A DNA stretch of 64,000 bases from Clostridia bacterium (GCA_017509785.1 JAFWOT010000012.1:69476-133475), one strand, 5' to 3'. Shown: positions 1-8,531, numbered from the stretch's first letter. The notes: generated by a model from the sequence alone, not told the origin. Made by a program: numbers and translations.

Positions 1-1
1 G

Positions 2-778
2 GGTATCTCGAACACGATCCGCTTCATCCCGGCGCTCATACTCATCATTCCCGCGTTCGCGCTGCTTGCGCTCTACGTGATGTTCTTCATCTCCCAGTGG
101 AGCTATTACGTCGGCGCGTTCACGCACAAGCTCCCCGATGGGCTTTCGGCGGCGGGATATGCGCGCGAAGGTTTCTTCCAGCTGCTCGCGGTGGCCTGCG
201 TCAACGCGGGGCTCCTCGTTGGGCTCGGCTGCTTTACGAAGCGGAAGAACGGGGCGGAGGAGAAGGTCTGCAAAGCGGCCTCTGTACTCTTCTGCATTGC
301 GACGCTCGTTCTCATTGCGACAGCCGTCGCAAAGATGCTCCTCTACATCGACCTATACGATCTCACGTACAGCAGGCTCGCGGCAACGATCTTCCTCGTG
401 TTCCTTGCGGCGGCGTTTGTCATTGAAGTGTTCGCCCTCATTATAAAGCGTATGAAGGCGCTGCCGTTCGTGATCGCCGTCGGTCTCGTGATGGTGTTCG
501 CGTTCTCGCTCGTCAACACCGAGAAGCTCATCGCCGATTACAACGTCGACGCATACCTCTCGGGCAAGCATCGGAATATCGACGTCGAATACCTCCGCGA
601 CGATATAGGCATTAACGCGCTCGACGCCCTTTACAGGCTGAGAACGGAGGCGACCGATGGGAAGGTCGTCAAAGAGGCGGTGAGCTCCTCGGCCGCCATA
701 AGTCGGGATATGAACGCCCGCAGCGTCCCATGGTACAGATATGATATCCCGTACCTTCGGGAAAGCGCGAAGAAATGA
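2..778 (+). CDS. Multi-pass membrane protein, 5'-truncated by the window edge (DUF4153/DUF4173-like, family uncertain)
   Basis: The frame is open from nt 2 into listed ORF 77..778. There are several long hydrophobic segments (LLAVACVNAGLLVGLGCF, ATLVLIATAVAKMLLYI, IFLVFLAAAFVIEVFALII). Third codon positions are GC-rich like the core genes. Confidence 0.7.
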   Translation, partial: GISNTIRFIPALILIIPAFALLALYVMFFISQWSYYVGAFTHKLPDGLSAAGYAREGFFQLLAVACVNAGLLVGLGCFTKRKNGAEEKVCKAASVLFCIATLVLIATAVAKMLLYIDLYDLTYSRLAATIFLVFLAAAFVIEVFALIIKRMKALPFVIAVGLVMVFAFSLVNTEKLIADYNVDAYLSGKHRNIDVEYLRDDIGINALDALYRLRTEATDGKVVKEAVSSSAAISRDMNARSVPWYRYDIPYLRESAKK

Positions 779-795
779 CCGCAAAGACGGCACAA

Positions 796-846
796 AAGAG
801 GCTGTTGCCTGCAATCTTCCTGCATGTGCAGCAGCCTCTTGATTTT
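796..846. terminator. Bidirectional intrinsic terminator between convergent genes
   Basis: Stem AAGAGGCTGTTGC (796-808) pairs with GCAGCAGCCTCTT (828-840) and is followed by GATTTTG. Confidence 0.6.
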
Positions 847-922
847 GTGAGAGAACGCATAAAAGTGCGCAAGGTACAGAAAGAAAGCGCAAAAGCACAC
901 CGAAGGAGGGAGCTTAGCCTTA

Positions 923-2077
923 TTATCGCGTTTTGCCGACCCACTCATCCCATCTGGGGTCAGCCTGCATTTCGCTCTTTACCCTGTCGCGTTCCGGCAC
1001 ATCCCACCATGGCCAAAGCTCCGGCAGCTCCGGCGCGAACCGACGCTCCGCCTTTGCCGCGCCCGGTTTCACGTTTTTCAGCAGAGGGGCGGTATAGCTT
1101 TCGGCGCCGCTCTCCGCAAGACGATCCAAGGCATTTGCGTTTTCAAGAGCGATGTCGAGCGCGTCAAACGCCGCATCATGCTCGCCTGCAAGCCACAGGT
1201 AATAGGAGCGCAGCATATGCAGGCAGGCGACAAACCCTGCAAGCGGGCCATAGGATCCGTCCGTGCAAACGAGATCGAAAAGACCTGCCGCATTGAGAAG
1301 CTGCTCCACGGCGGTTTTCGGAGGCATGTTCCGATCCGAAAGGACGATCCTCTCCATCAGCTCCGCCGAAGCGCGCACCGTTTCCAAAAGGGCCCTCCCG
1401 CATTCTGCGGCGGCTTCCGCTCCATCGAACGCCATGATCCTGAGGAACGGCTTCGAACCGGAAAGCTCGGGTGCGGATTCGGCGAGCTGAAGCGCCTTTT
1501 CATGCTCGCCCGTGTTCTTATAAAGCTGTGAAAGCTCCGTCACGGCCTGCTGACGCATCGGCCCGGCGGGAAGGTCGGGCAGGATCTTCTCATACAGCTT
1601 GATCGCTTCCTTCCACTCGGGATAGGTCCTGTGCTGCTCAACGTCGTATCGCCCGTAGCCGTCCGCTCCGATGGTGTGGAGCTCCCCACGCCGCACATAG
1701 CCTGCGTTGAACAATACTGAGGCTAACGCAAGCCCGAGCTTTGAGTTCCCCGGGAACTCGATCAGCGCTGCTCTGGCGCATGCGATGCAGTTGTCGATAT
1801 CTATATCGACGCCGTTGTTCCTGCGATTCATATCACAGATCTTCTCATAAAGGGAATCCACCCTTTTCGATCTTTCGTTGTCATAACCGAAAAGCTCGTC
1901 GATGGAAACCCCGAAGTAATTGGCGATCGAGGGTATGAGCTCGATATCGGGGCAGCATATCCCCTTTTCCCAACGAGAAACCGCCTGTGCGGTCACACCG
2001 AGCTCGCTCGCAAGCGAGTCCTGCGTTCTCCCGTTTCGTTGACGGAATTCTCTGATTCGTTCACCTAATATGACCAT
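923..2077 (-). CDS. XRE-family HTH transcriptional regulator with a long helical-repeat (TPR-like) C-terminal domain
   Basis: N-terminus LGERIREFRQRNGRTQDSLASELGVTAQAVSRWEKG is a classic Cro/C1 HTH. About 310 aa of helical sequence follow. RBS AAGGAG lies 7 nt upstream of ATG 2077. Confidence 0.85.
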   Translation of the reverse strand: MVILGERIREFRQRNGRTQDSLASELGVTAQAVSRWEKGICCPDIELIPSIANYFGVSIDELFGYDNERSKRVDSLYEKICDMNRRNNGVDIDIDNCIACARAALIEFPGNSKLGLALASVLFNAGYVRRGELHTIGADGYGRYDVEQHRTYPEWKEAIKLYEKILPDLPAGPMRQQAVTELSQLYKNTGEHEKALQLAESAPELSGSKPFLRIMAFDGAEAAAECGRALLETVRASAELMERIVLSDRNMPPKTAVEQLLNAAGLFDLVCTDGSYGPLAGFVACLHMLRSYYLWLAGEHDAAFDALDIALENANALDRLAESGAESYTAPLLKNVKPGAAKAERRFAPELPELWPWWDVPERDRVKSEMQADPRWDEWVGKTR

Positions 2078-2321
2078 TGTTCTTCTCCTTGATTCATTTC
2101 ACCGGTGTGATCTCATTATACTTGGGAAAATGAACATGGTCAATTATCGATCTGTTGTTTGAATATCAACAAAATGTTTATATGGATGATATCACATGGG
2201 CAGCAAGGTTTATTGGAATTGCTTGATAGGCTCAATGGCGGAGCAGATTTCAATACTGCATATGGAAGTTAATTTCCGGTTTGTCGAGAGGAATCGGATA
2301 TAAAACTGAAAAAGCATCAGA

Positions 2322-2358
2322 GGCCGGGGAGTCTGTTCGTTCCCCGGCCTCTTTCTCT
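2322..2358 (+). terminator. Orphan intrinsic terminator with no annotated upstream plus-strand gene
   Basis: GGCCGGGGA (2322-2330), a 10-nt loop, TCCCCGGCC (2341-2349), then TCTTTCTCT. Confidence 0.55.
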
Positions 2359-2423
2359 GCGTTGACGCCTGCAACCGTCAACATGCCTGTCCGTAGGCAA
2401 GAAGCATATACTCAAAACAACTA

Positions 2424-2452
2424 TTGACTAACGAACGAACGTTAGGTATAAT
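2424..2452 (+). promoter_or_regulatory. Sigma-70/SigA-type promoter with an operator-like palindrome in the spacer (TetR gene promoter)
   Basis: TTGACT (2424-2429), a 17-nt spacer, TATAAT (2447-2452). Palindrome CTAACG-n6-CGTTAG lies at 2428-2445 inside the spacer. The listed ORF start at 2424 is this -35 box, not a real start codon. Confidence 0.7.
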
Positions 2453-2501
2453 GGGCGATGTAATTCAGCATTACTTCTATTATGGAAAGAGGGCGAAAAG
2501 T

Positions 2502-3119
2502 ATGGAAAAGAGCAACACACGGGAAGAAATACTGGAGGCAGCGCTGGATCTGTTCGCTGTCAATGGATATGAAGCAACCAGTATCTCGCAGCTCGCCGAT
2601 GCGGTAGGTATCCGCAAGGCATCCCTTTACAGCCACTTTGCCAATAAGCAGGATATTCTGGATACTGTCATCGAAACCGTTCTGAAAGGATATGCTGACC
2701 ATTCGATCTTTGTACGCGCCGACTGGGACGATCCGGAATTCACAAAGGATATGACCGGCATGACCGCGGAGGATGCGGCAGAGCTCATCCGGGGACAGCT
2801 GCGTTACATCCTGCATGACCCGCACATCAGCAAGGGCAGGAAGATGCTCATGATCGAGCAGTTCCGCAATGCAGAACTGGCAGAGCTTCAGACGAAACAA
2901 AACTATCGGGACGTCCTGAACTATTTTATGGGGATGATGAGATTCCTGATCCGTGAGGCTGTTTTGAAGGATGAGGATCCTGAGATTATGGCCGCGCAGT
3001 TCTCATCTCCGATCACCGTCTGGATCAACCTGTGCGACCGGGAACCGGAGCGCGAGGACGAAGTCATGGACCTGGTCGGGAAACATGTGATGCAGTTCTT
3101 TAAGATCTATCGGAAGTAG
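2502..3119 (+). CDS. TetR/AcrR-family transcriptional regulator
   Basis: REEILEAALDLFAVNGYEATSISQLADAVGIRKASLYSHFANKQDIL is the TetR N-terminal HTH signature. ATG 2502 follows a purine-rich RBS and lies downstream of the promoter at 2424-2452. Confidence 0.9.
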   Translation: MEKSNTREEILEAALDLFAVNGYEATSISQLADAVGIRKASLYSHFANKQDILDTVIETVLKGYADHSIFVRADWDDPEFTKDMTGMTAEDAAELIRGQLRYILHDPHISKGRKMLMIEQFRNAELAELQTKQNYRDVLNYFMGMMRFLIREAVLKDEDPEIMAAQFSSPITVWINLCDREPEREDEVMDLVGKHVMQFFKIYRK

Positions 3120-3380
3120 ATCCTTTTGAATGGGGATTTACGATGGCCGGTCGGAACGGAGACGGCTGATCGGTTTTCTTTCGGGTATAAAGCTAATGAA
3201 CGATAGGACGCCAAGGAGGGATTGACGATGAAGAATAAAGCATTTCCGATCTCAATGACAGTTTTATGAGGAATGGTATTTGGATCAGCCATGCATAGCC
3301 TGACAATGGATCTGTATGGGACTGATGATGGGAATTGCATTCGGGCTGTTCGATTCAGATAAAAAGGATCGGGAAACGAA

Positions 3381-3947
3381 ATGAATACATTAAAGACAAT
3401 ACAGCCTCTATCAAAAATCGGAAGAATCCTCAGCAAGATCGTTTATATCTGCTGCGTGGTTGGATCTTGTGTTTGCATCGTCGGTATTATAAGCCTTGGG
3501 CTGGGCGGCGAGGTTTTTAAGCTGGGCGGTGTTACGATCCACAGTATCATTGAAAGCCATTCCCACATGAGTATGCCGGCCCTTTATACCGCAATGGCAG
3601 TCGGCATAGTTTTATGTGCTGCGGAGGCGGTTTTAAGTAAATTCGCTGAGATTTATTTCAAGAACGAACTTGCAGACGGAACTCCTTTCACTATGAGAGG
3701 CGCAAAGGAGTTAATGCGCTTAGGTATCCTGACTATTTCGATCCCTTTGGGCATGGTGATCGTCTGCTCCATCGGCGTTGCCATAGCAGATAGCTTCTTC
3801 CCGGAGATCGAGAAACTGTCTTATGACGGGTATGCATCCGTCGGATCAGGTGTAATGATGATCCTTTCATCGCTCTTCTGCCGCTATGGCGCTGAAGTGT
3901 GTGACGGGAAGGCTTCTTTGGAAAACATAGAACACGCAGAAAGCTGA
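3381..3947 (+). CDS. Small integral membrane protein (about 4 TM helices; DUF2975-like guess)
   Basis: Hydrophobic helices IVYICCVVGSCVCIVGIISLGL, ALYTAMAVGIVLCAAEAVL, LGILTISIPLGMVIVCSIGVAI and VGSGVMMILSSLF. Only 6 nt separate it from the next gene. Confidence 0.6.
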   Translation: MNTLKTIQPLSKIGRILSKIVYICCVVGSCVCIVGIISLGLGGEVFKLGGVTIHSIIESHSHMSMPALYTAMAVGIVLCAAEAVLSKFAEIYFKNELADGTPFTMRGAKELMRLGILTISIPLGMVIVCSIGVAIADSFFPEIEKLSYDGYASVGSGVMMILSSLFCRYGAEVCDGKASLENIEHAES

Positions 3948-3953
3948 TATCAC

Positions 3954-4931
3954 ATGAAGACGGAAAGACTGATCATAGATCAAATCAAAGAGACCGATAA
4001 AGAGGATTACTTTATCAACATTTCGCACGACAAAAAGGTGCTGGAGACCTTTATCTGCCGATATGCGGATTCATTGGAGGAATTTGACTTTTCCTCCTAT
4101 CCGGGAAGAGAGGACCTGTTTGCGATTCGGCTGAAGGAGACCGGGCGTCTCATCGGGATCGTCAATTTCTTCGATGAGAAGGGCGGCGTCTGTGAGATCG
4201 GATACGGGATCGGCTCCGGTTACTGGGGACACGGCTACGTCACCGAGGCAGTCAGGCGCTTTCTGGCGTACTTGTTCCGGGAAAAAGGGATGCGAACGGT
4301 ATACGCTTCCTTTTTCACCGGAAACGAGGCCTCCCGCCGCGTGATGGAGAAATGCGGCATGACCTACGATCACGTTTCGGAGAAAGAACTGACCTATCTG
4401 GATATTGAGCGGGATCTGACGTATTATGTGATTCACAGAAAGCCGGATGTGATTCTTTTGAACGGCCCTTCGTCTGCAGGAAAATCATCCATTGCGAAGG
4501 CACTGAAGCAGCTGCTCCTCGACAGCGGGACAGACGCTGTCATCCTCTCGCTGGACGATTATCTGCAAATGTCAGCAAACGAACCGATTTGGGAGGATGA
4601 CGTTTTTGCAATCATGCCGCACATGTGTGAAGGTATTGCGGCAGCGCTGCGGGACGGCAAAACGGTGATCATCGACCATGTCATCACCAGCTTTCGGATC
4701 TGGCAGGCCTTGTGCAATGCGGTTTCCGGATTTCAGATGAAAACGGTTCTGGTCCGCTGCGATGTCGAGACGCTGCGTCGGCGGGAGGCCGAACGGGGTG
4801 ACCGGTGCGTCGGCTCCGCAGAGGCGTCTGGCCAATATCTGTATCCAAAGACCGGATATGACCTGTGCGTTGACAGCAGCGAAGCAAGCCCTGCAATTCT
4901 TGCGGAAAAGATTATCAACTCCATGGCGTGA
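3954..4931 (+). CDS. Fusion protein: N-terminal RimJ/RimL-type GNAT acetyltransferase plus C-terminal chloramphenicol-phosphotransferase-like (CPT) P-loop kinase
   Basis: GNAT core is GYGIGSGYWGHGYVTEAVRRFLAYLF...NEASRRVMEKCGM. The C-terminal half has ILLNGPSSAGKSS (Walker A), VLVRCD and ERGDR, which resemble S. venezuelae CPT (ILNGGSSAGKS...RGDR, from memory). Confidence 0.8.
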   Translation: MKTERLIIDQIKETDKEDYFINISHDKKVLETFICRYADSLEEFDFSSYPGREDLFAIRLKETGRLIGIVNFFDEKGGVCEIGYGIGSGYWGHGYVTEAVRRFLAYLFREKGMRTVYASFFTGNEASRRVMEKCGMTYDHVSEKELTYLDIERDLTYYVIHRKPDVILLNGPSSAGKSSIAKALKQLLLDSGTDAVILSLDDYLQMSANEPIWEDDVFAIMPHMCEGIAAALRDGKTVIIDHVITSFRIWQALCNAVSGFQMKTVLVRCDVETLRRREAERGDRCVGSAEASGQYLYPKTGYDLCVDSSEASPAILAEKIINSMA

Positions 4932-5007
4932 AATGGATCCCGGAAGGATGTACGTCCACCGCGAATAGAAAAACGAAGAGAATGATCTGGAGGTAGATGG
5001 AACCATT

Positions 5008-5637
5008 ATGCCAGTAGAAGTGAATCCAAAGGAGACAACCCGGGCATCTGCATATGAACTGTGGATGCAAGCGCCGAACCCGATGGTTACGTTTTTCAAG
5101 ACCCTGGATGTAACAGAACTGATCAGGGCAAGCAGGAAAAGGAATCTGAAGTTCAATATGCTGATGGACTACTGTATCGGGAAAGCAGCTACTCCGGTAA
5201 AAGAGTTCTATTTGCTTCCGGTCGGTGACAAGCTGATGCGGTTCGACACAATCGCTGTAAACACGATCGTCAGGAACAAGATCGGAGAAGTAAGCTCCTG
5301 CGATATTCTGTTCACGGATGATCTGGAATTCTTTCATCGTGAATATCTGGATCATACCGGCCAGGTCGCGGAAACCTGCGTGGATCGGGATCTGTCATCT
5401 GACAGTATGGTGATCGGCACATCTGCAATCATTGATACTGAAATTGATGGAGCTGTCGGGATGAACAGCGGGATTTTCAACAACCCGTTTATGATCTGGG
5501 GAAAATACAGAAAAAAGCTTTTCAGGTATTACTTGCCGGTATCCTTCCAGTTTCATCATACGCAGATGGATGGAGCTCATGCGGGCAGGTTTCTGGAAAA
5601 TCTGCAGAAAGAAATAAACAATTTGAGGAGCATATGA
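5008..5637 (+). CDS. Chloramphenicol-acetyltransferase (CAT) family acyltransferase
   Basis: C-terminal LPVSFQFHHTQMDGAHAGRFLENLQ matches the CAT active-site block LPVSVQVHHAVCDGFHAARF. Length is 209 aa. Confidence 0.85.
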   Translation: MPVEVNPKETTRASAYELWMQAPNPMVTFFKTLDVTELIRASRKRNLKFNMLMDYCIGKAATPVKEFYLLPVGDKLMRFDTIAVNTIVRNKIGEVSSCDILFTDDLEFFHREYLDHTGQVAETCVDRDLSSDSMVIGTSAIIDTEIDGAVGMNSGIFNNPFMIWGKYRKKLFRYYLPVSFQFHHTQMDGAHAGRFLENLQKEINNLRSI

Positions 5638-6320
5638 TGAAGATACTTGTTTTAAACGGAAGTCCCAAGCGGGACAAAAGCGATACCATGCACATCACCC
5701 GTGCATTTCTGGATGGCATGAAGGAAGCGGCACCGCAGGATATCCATATCATTCACACCGTCGATCAGCACATTGAATACTGTACAGGCTGCTTTTCCTG
5801 CATGCGAAACGGCGGCGCCTGCATTCATAACGATGATATGAAAGCCATTCTGGAGGAGATCCTGAACAGCGATCTTCTGATTTGGAGCTTTCCGCTGTAC
5901 TGTTACGGAATGCCGGCACCGCTGAAGGCACTTCTGGACCGTACACTCCCTCTCAGCAGCATGGTGATGCAGAAGGTCGGGGACCGGTACGAGCACGTCG
6001 GACAGGCAGACTTCTCGCACCTGCGCTACCTGATGATCTGCGGCTGTGGCTTCCCCAACAGCAGGCAGAACTTTGAACCGGCGGTCATGCAGTTTAAGCT
6101 GTGTTTCCCCGGTGATCACACGATCATCACCGTTCCGGAGAGCCCTATGTTCAACGCACCGGAAGCGGCAGTTGTGACTGTTTCAAGACTGGAGCTGATC
6201 AAACAGGCCGGACGGCAGTACGCCGAAAAGGGACAAATCGAGGTTTCTCTGCTGGCAGAGATCACTTCCCCCATGATTCCCGAAGAGCAATATGCTGCCA
6301 TCGTGAACAGCGGCGTATAA
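5634..6320 (+). CDS. Flavodoxin-like NAD(P)H-dependent FMN reductase / iron-sulfur flavoprotein
   Basis: MKILVLNGSPKRDKS...CTGCFSC...LIWSFPLYCYGMPAPLKALLDR. The start overlaps the CAT stop. ATG 5637 is an equally good start (GAGGAG at 5625-5630). Confidence 0.8.
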   Translation: MMKILVLNGSPKRDKSDTMHITRAFLDGMKEAAPQDIHIIHTVDQHIEYCTGCFSCMRNGGACIHNDDMKAILEEILNSDLLIWSFPLYCYGMPAPLKALLDRTLPLSSMVMQKVGDRYEHVGQADFSHLRYLMICGCGFPNSRQNFEPAVMQFKLCFPGDHTIITVPESPMFNAPEAAVVTVSRLELIKQAGRQYAEKGQIEVSLLAEITSPMIPEEQYAAIVNSGV

Positions 6321-6329
6321 CCTGGAGCA

Positions 6330-6737
6330 ATGAAAGCGAGTCTGACCGTGTTCTTCGAAGACCCTTTCTGGGTTGGCGTCTTTGAGCGTATCGAGGATGG
6401 AAAGCTGTCTGTCTGTAAAGTGACCTTCGGGGCGGAACCAAAAGAATATGAGGTCTGGGATTACATCCTGCACCACTATTATGAACTGGTCTTCAGTCCA
6501 GCTGTTGAGATGGAAATCAGACAGGCGGCTGACAATCCAAAAAGAAGAAGTCGGAATGTTAGAAAGCATTTGGAAAACACAGGTATCGGTACGAAATCCC
6601 AGCAGGCTCTTCAAAGACAGCGAGAGGAGATGAAAACGGAGCGCAGACAGATCAACCGGGAGGAACGGGAAGCGGAAGCCCAGCGCCGATTCGAAATAAA
6701 GCAGGCGAAGAAAAAGGAAAAGAGGCGCGGACATTGA
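6330..6737 (+). CDS. YjdF/DUF2992-family protein
   Basis: MKASLTVFFEDPFWVGVFERIEDGKLSVCKVTFGAEP plus a Lys/Arg/Glu-rich tail, as in the DUF2992 family (from memory). Confidence 0.65.
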   Translation: MKASLTVFFEDPFWVGVFERIEDGKLSVCKVTFGAEPKEYEVWDYILHHYYELVFSPAVEMEIRQAADNPKRRSRNVRKHLENTGIGTKSQQALQRQREEMKTERRQINREEREAEAQRRFEIKQAKKKEKRRGH

Positions 6738-7225
6738 TGGCAAACACAATAACGCTTTTCAGAATAGCTGCCGGTATCGTTCTGCTTTTCTGTCCGGTGT
6801 TCTCTCCTGCCTTTTATGTGTTTTACATAGTGGCCGGGGTGTCTGATATGCTGGATGGATTTGTAGCGAGAAAAACAAATACGGCCAGCAGGTTTGGGGC
6901 AAGGCTGGATACGATTGCGGACTTTGTGCTTGTGGTCGTATGCCTGATCAAACTGCTTCCGATTCTTAGTATTCCCGCATGGCTGTATATATGGATCGGA
7001 ATCATTGCACTTATAAAAGTTGTAAATATCATTTCCGGATTTGCCGTACAGAAGAGGTTTGTGGCTGTTCATTCGGTTATGAACAAAGCGACCGGAGCGC
7101 TGTTGTTTCTAATGCCACTGACGATTCCCGCAGTTTCGCTAAAATACTCTGCGATTGTCGTCTGTGCTGTGGCAACTTTCGCAGCAATTCAGGAAGGCCA
7201 ATTCATCCGGACAGGAAGAGAATAG
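6737..7225 (+). CDS. Small CDP-alcohol phosphatidyltransferase family protein
   Basis: DMLDGFVARKTNTASRFGARLDTIADF fits DGxxARx8Gx3Dx3D. ATG 6737 overlaps the upstream stop (TGATG). Confidence 0.85.
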   Translation: MANTITLFRIAAGIVLLFCPVFSPAFYVFYIVAGVSDMLDGFVARKTNTASRFGARLDTIADFVLVVVCLIKLLPILSIPAWLYIWIGIIALIKVVNIISGFAVQKRFVAVHSVMNKATGALLFLMPLTIPAVSLKYSAIVVCAVATFAAIQEGQFIRTGRE

Positions 7226-7269
7226 CATCCCGGGCTATACGGAGCCGGGATCGGGAGGAAAAGCATACC

Positions 7270-7632
7270 ATGAAATTCAAAGGAACCCTTATCGTCGTAA
7301 AAGACTGCAATAAAGCATTTAAGTTTTATCAGGACATGTTTGGATTCGAGTTGATTCGGGATAATGACGGCAATATGGAACTGTCCGGGAATCTGTATCT
7401 CCAGGAAGAAAAGTATTGGGAGCGGTTTACCGGGAGGCGCGTTATTCCGCAAAGCAATCAAACTGAGCTGTATTTTGAAGAGCCGGAGATCGACAGCTTC
7501 GTAAAAAAGCTTGAGACACTCTATCCTGACACGGAATATGTGAATCACCTTATGACGCACAGCTGGGGGCAGCGGGTCGTAAGATTCTATGACCCGGACG
7601 GCAATCTCATCGAAGTTGGCACCCCTGTATGA
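7270..7632 (+). CDS. VOC (glyoxalase / bleomycin-resistance fold) family protein
   Basis: MKFKGTLIVVKDCNKAFKFYQDMFGFEL...VVRFYDPDGNLIEVG. The listed ORF 6979.. is an upstream extension that overlaps the preceding gene. Confidence 0.8.
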   Translation: MKFKGTLIVVKDCNKAFKFYQDMFGFELIRDNDGNMELSGNLYLQEEKYWERFTGRRVIPQSNQTELYFEEPEIDSFVKKLETLYPDTEYVNHLMTHSWGQRVVRFYDPDGNLIEVGTPV

Positions 7633-7768
7633 TCCGTGTACATAGATTAACAAAGAACGATTTGCGGAGCCCTATGATGTCCAAATGGAATACAAGTTAT
7701 AAAAGAGCAGGAAAAGTGGGATGTATATTGTCAAAGCAGAAGCAGATTAGGTAGAAAAAATCGCAGAT

Positions 7769-8200
7769 ATGTCTGTGAGAGCTTTCGAAACAGATGTTAA
7801 TGTAGGCGGAATAAAAGGCGATTGTCCCCCTGAATATGATTCGGTCAAATGGCATCAACAAATGGCCTGGGAGGGACATTTGTATCAAGCAATGATCGGA
7901 AAAGATTTGGTAGGGGCAGCCATTGTATTCCCGGATGAAACAGAAAAAAGCGTATACATTGGCAGGATCTTTATTGACAGCGTCTATCACAGAAAAGGTT
8001 ACGGAATTCGTTTGATGGAATGCATAGAAAAAAATTTCCCATGGGCTGCCGCTTTTCATCTGGATACCCCATGTTGGAATGAGCGGACAAATGCTTTTTA
8101 CAAAAGATTAGGCTATCGGACCATAAAGGTTGAGGATGGATTCGTCTTTTACCGGAAAAGTAAAAGTGAAACCACTGAGGAGGATATCGGACATGAATGA
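7769..8200 (+). CDS. GNAT-family N-acetyltransferase. An in-frame TAG 21 nt upstream separates it from its probable original start at 7721.
   Basis: IFIDSVYHRKGYGIRLMECIE...NAFYKRLGY is GNAT motif A. In-frame upstream reading is 7721 ATG TAT ATT GTC AAA GCA GAA GCA GAT TAG. Confidence 0.75.
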   Translation: MSVRAFETDVNVGGIKGDCPPEYDSVKWHQQMAWEGHLYQAMIGKDLVGAAIVFPDETEKSVYIGRIFIDSVYHRKGYGIRLMECIEKNFPWAAAFHLDTPCWNERTNAFYKRLGYRTIKVEDGFVFYRKSKSETTEEDIGHE

Positions 8201-8531
8201 ATATATTGCTTATTGCGGTTTGAATTGTGAGGCGTGTGAGGCACGTCTTGCAACTGTAAATAATGATGATGCGCTCCGCCAGAGAGTCGCTAAGGAGTGG
8301 TCTGAACTGAACGGTGTGGAGATCACGGCTGAGATGATCAATTGCCTCGGCTGCCGGATCGACGGGGTCAAGACGCCCTACTGCGAATCGCTCTGTCCGA
8401 TCCGTCAGTGTGCCATGGGGAAAGGCCTGGAGACCTGCGGCGGCTGCGGGGAAATGGAGCGCTGTGAGAAGCTGGGAGCGATCACCGGGAACAACGCAGA
8501 CGCTTTGAAACGCTTGAAAACAGGTATTTGA
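8193..8531 (+). CDS. DUF3795-family Cys-rich protein
   Basis: MNEYIAYCGLNCEACEARL...CLGCR...CPIRQCA...CGGCGEMERCEK. RBS GAGGAGG at 8177-8183. It overlaps the GNAT stop by 8 nt. Confidence 0.75.
   Translation: MNEYIAYCGLNCEACEARLATVNNDDALRQRVAKEWSELNGVEITAEMINCLGCRIDGVKTPYCESLCPIRQCAMGKGLETCGGCGEMERCEKLGAITGNNADALKRLKTGI

Noticed and set aside
2174-2272. 32-codon ORF (MFIWMISHGQQGLLELLDRLNGGADFNTAYGS) as a candidate signalling peptide for the neighbouring HTH-TPR regulator
   Set aside because: It has no Shine-Dalgarno, no signal peptide or hydrophobic export segment, and AT-rich composition unlike coding DNA here. It is kept only as context for the orphan-terminator finding.
2078-2423. Direct repeat of the tRNA-Asn 3' end (att site) at the left edge of the accessory block
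   Set aside because: I searched the left gap by eye for TGGCTCCCCCTGTTGGACTCGAACC or sizeable parts of it and found none. The island boundaries therefore remain inferred from composition only. A computational repeat search is still needed.
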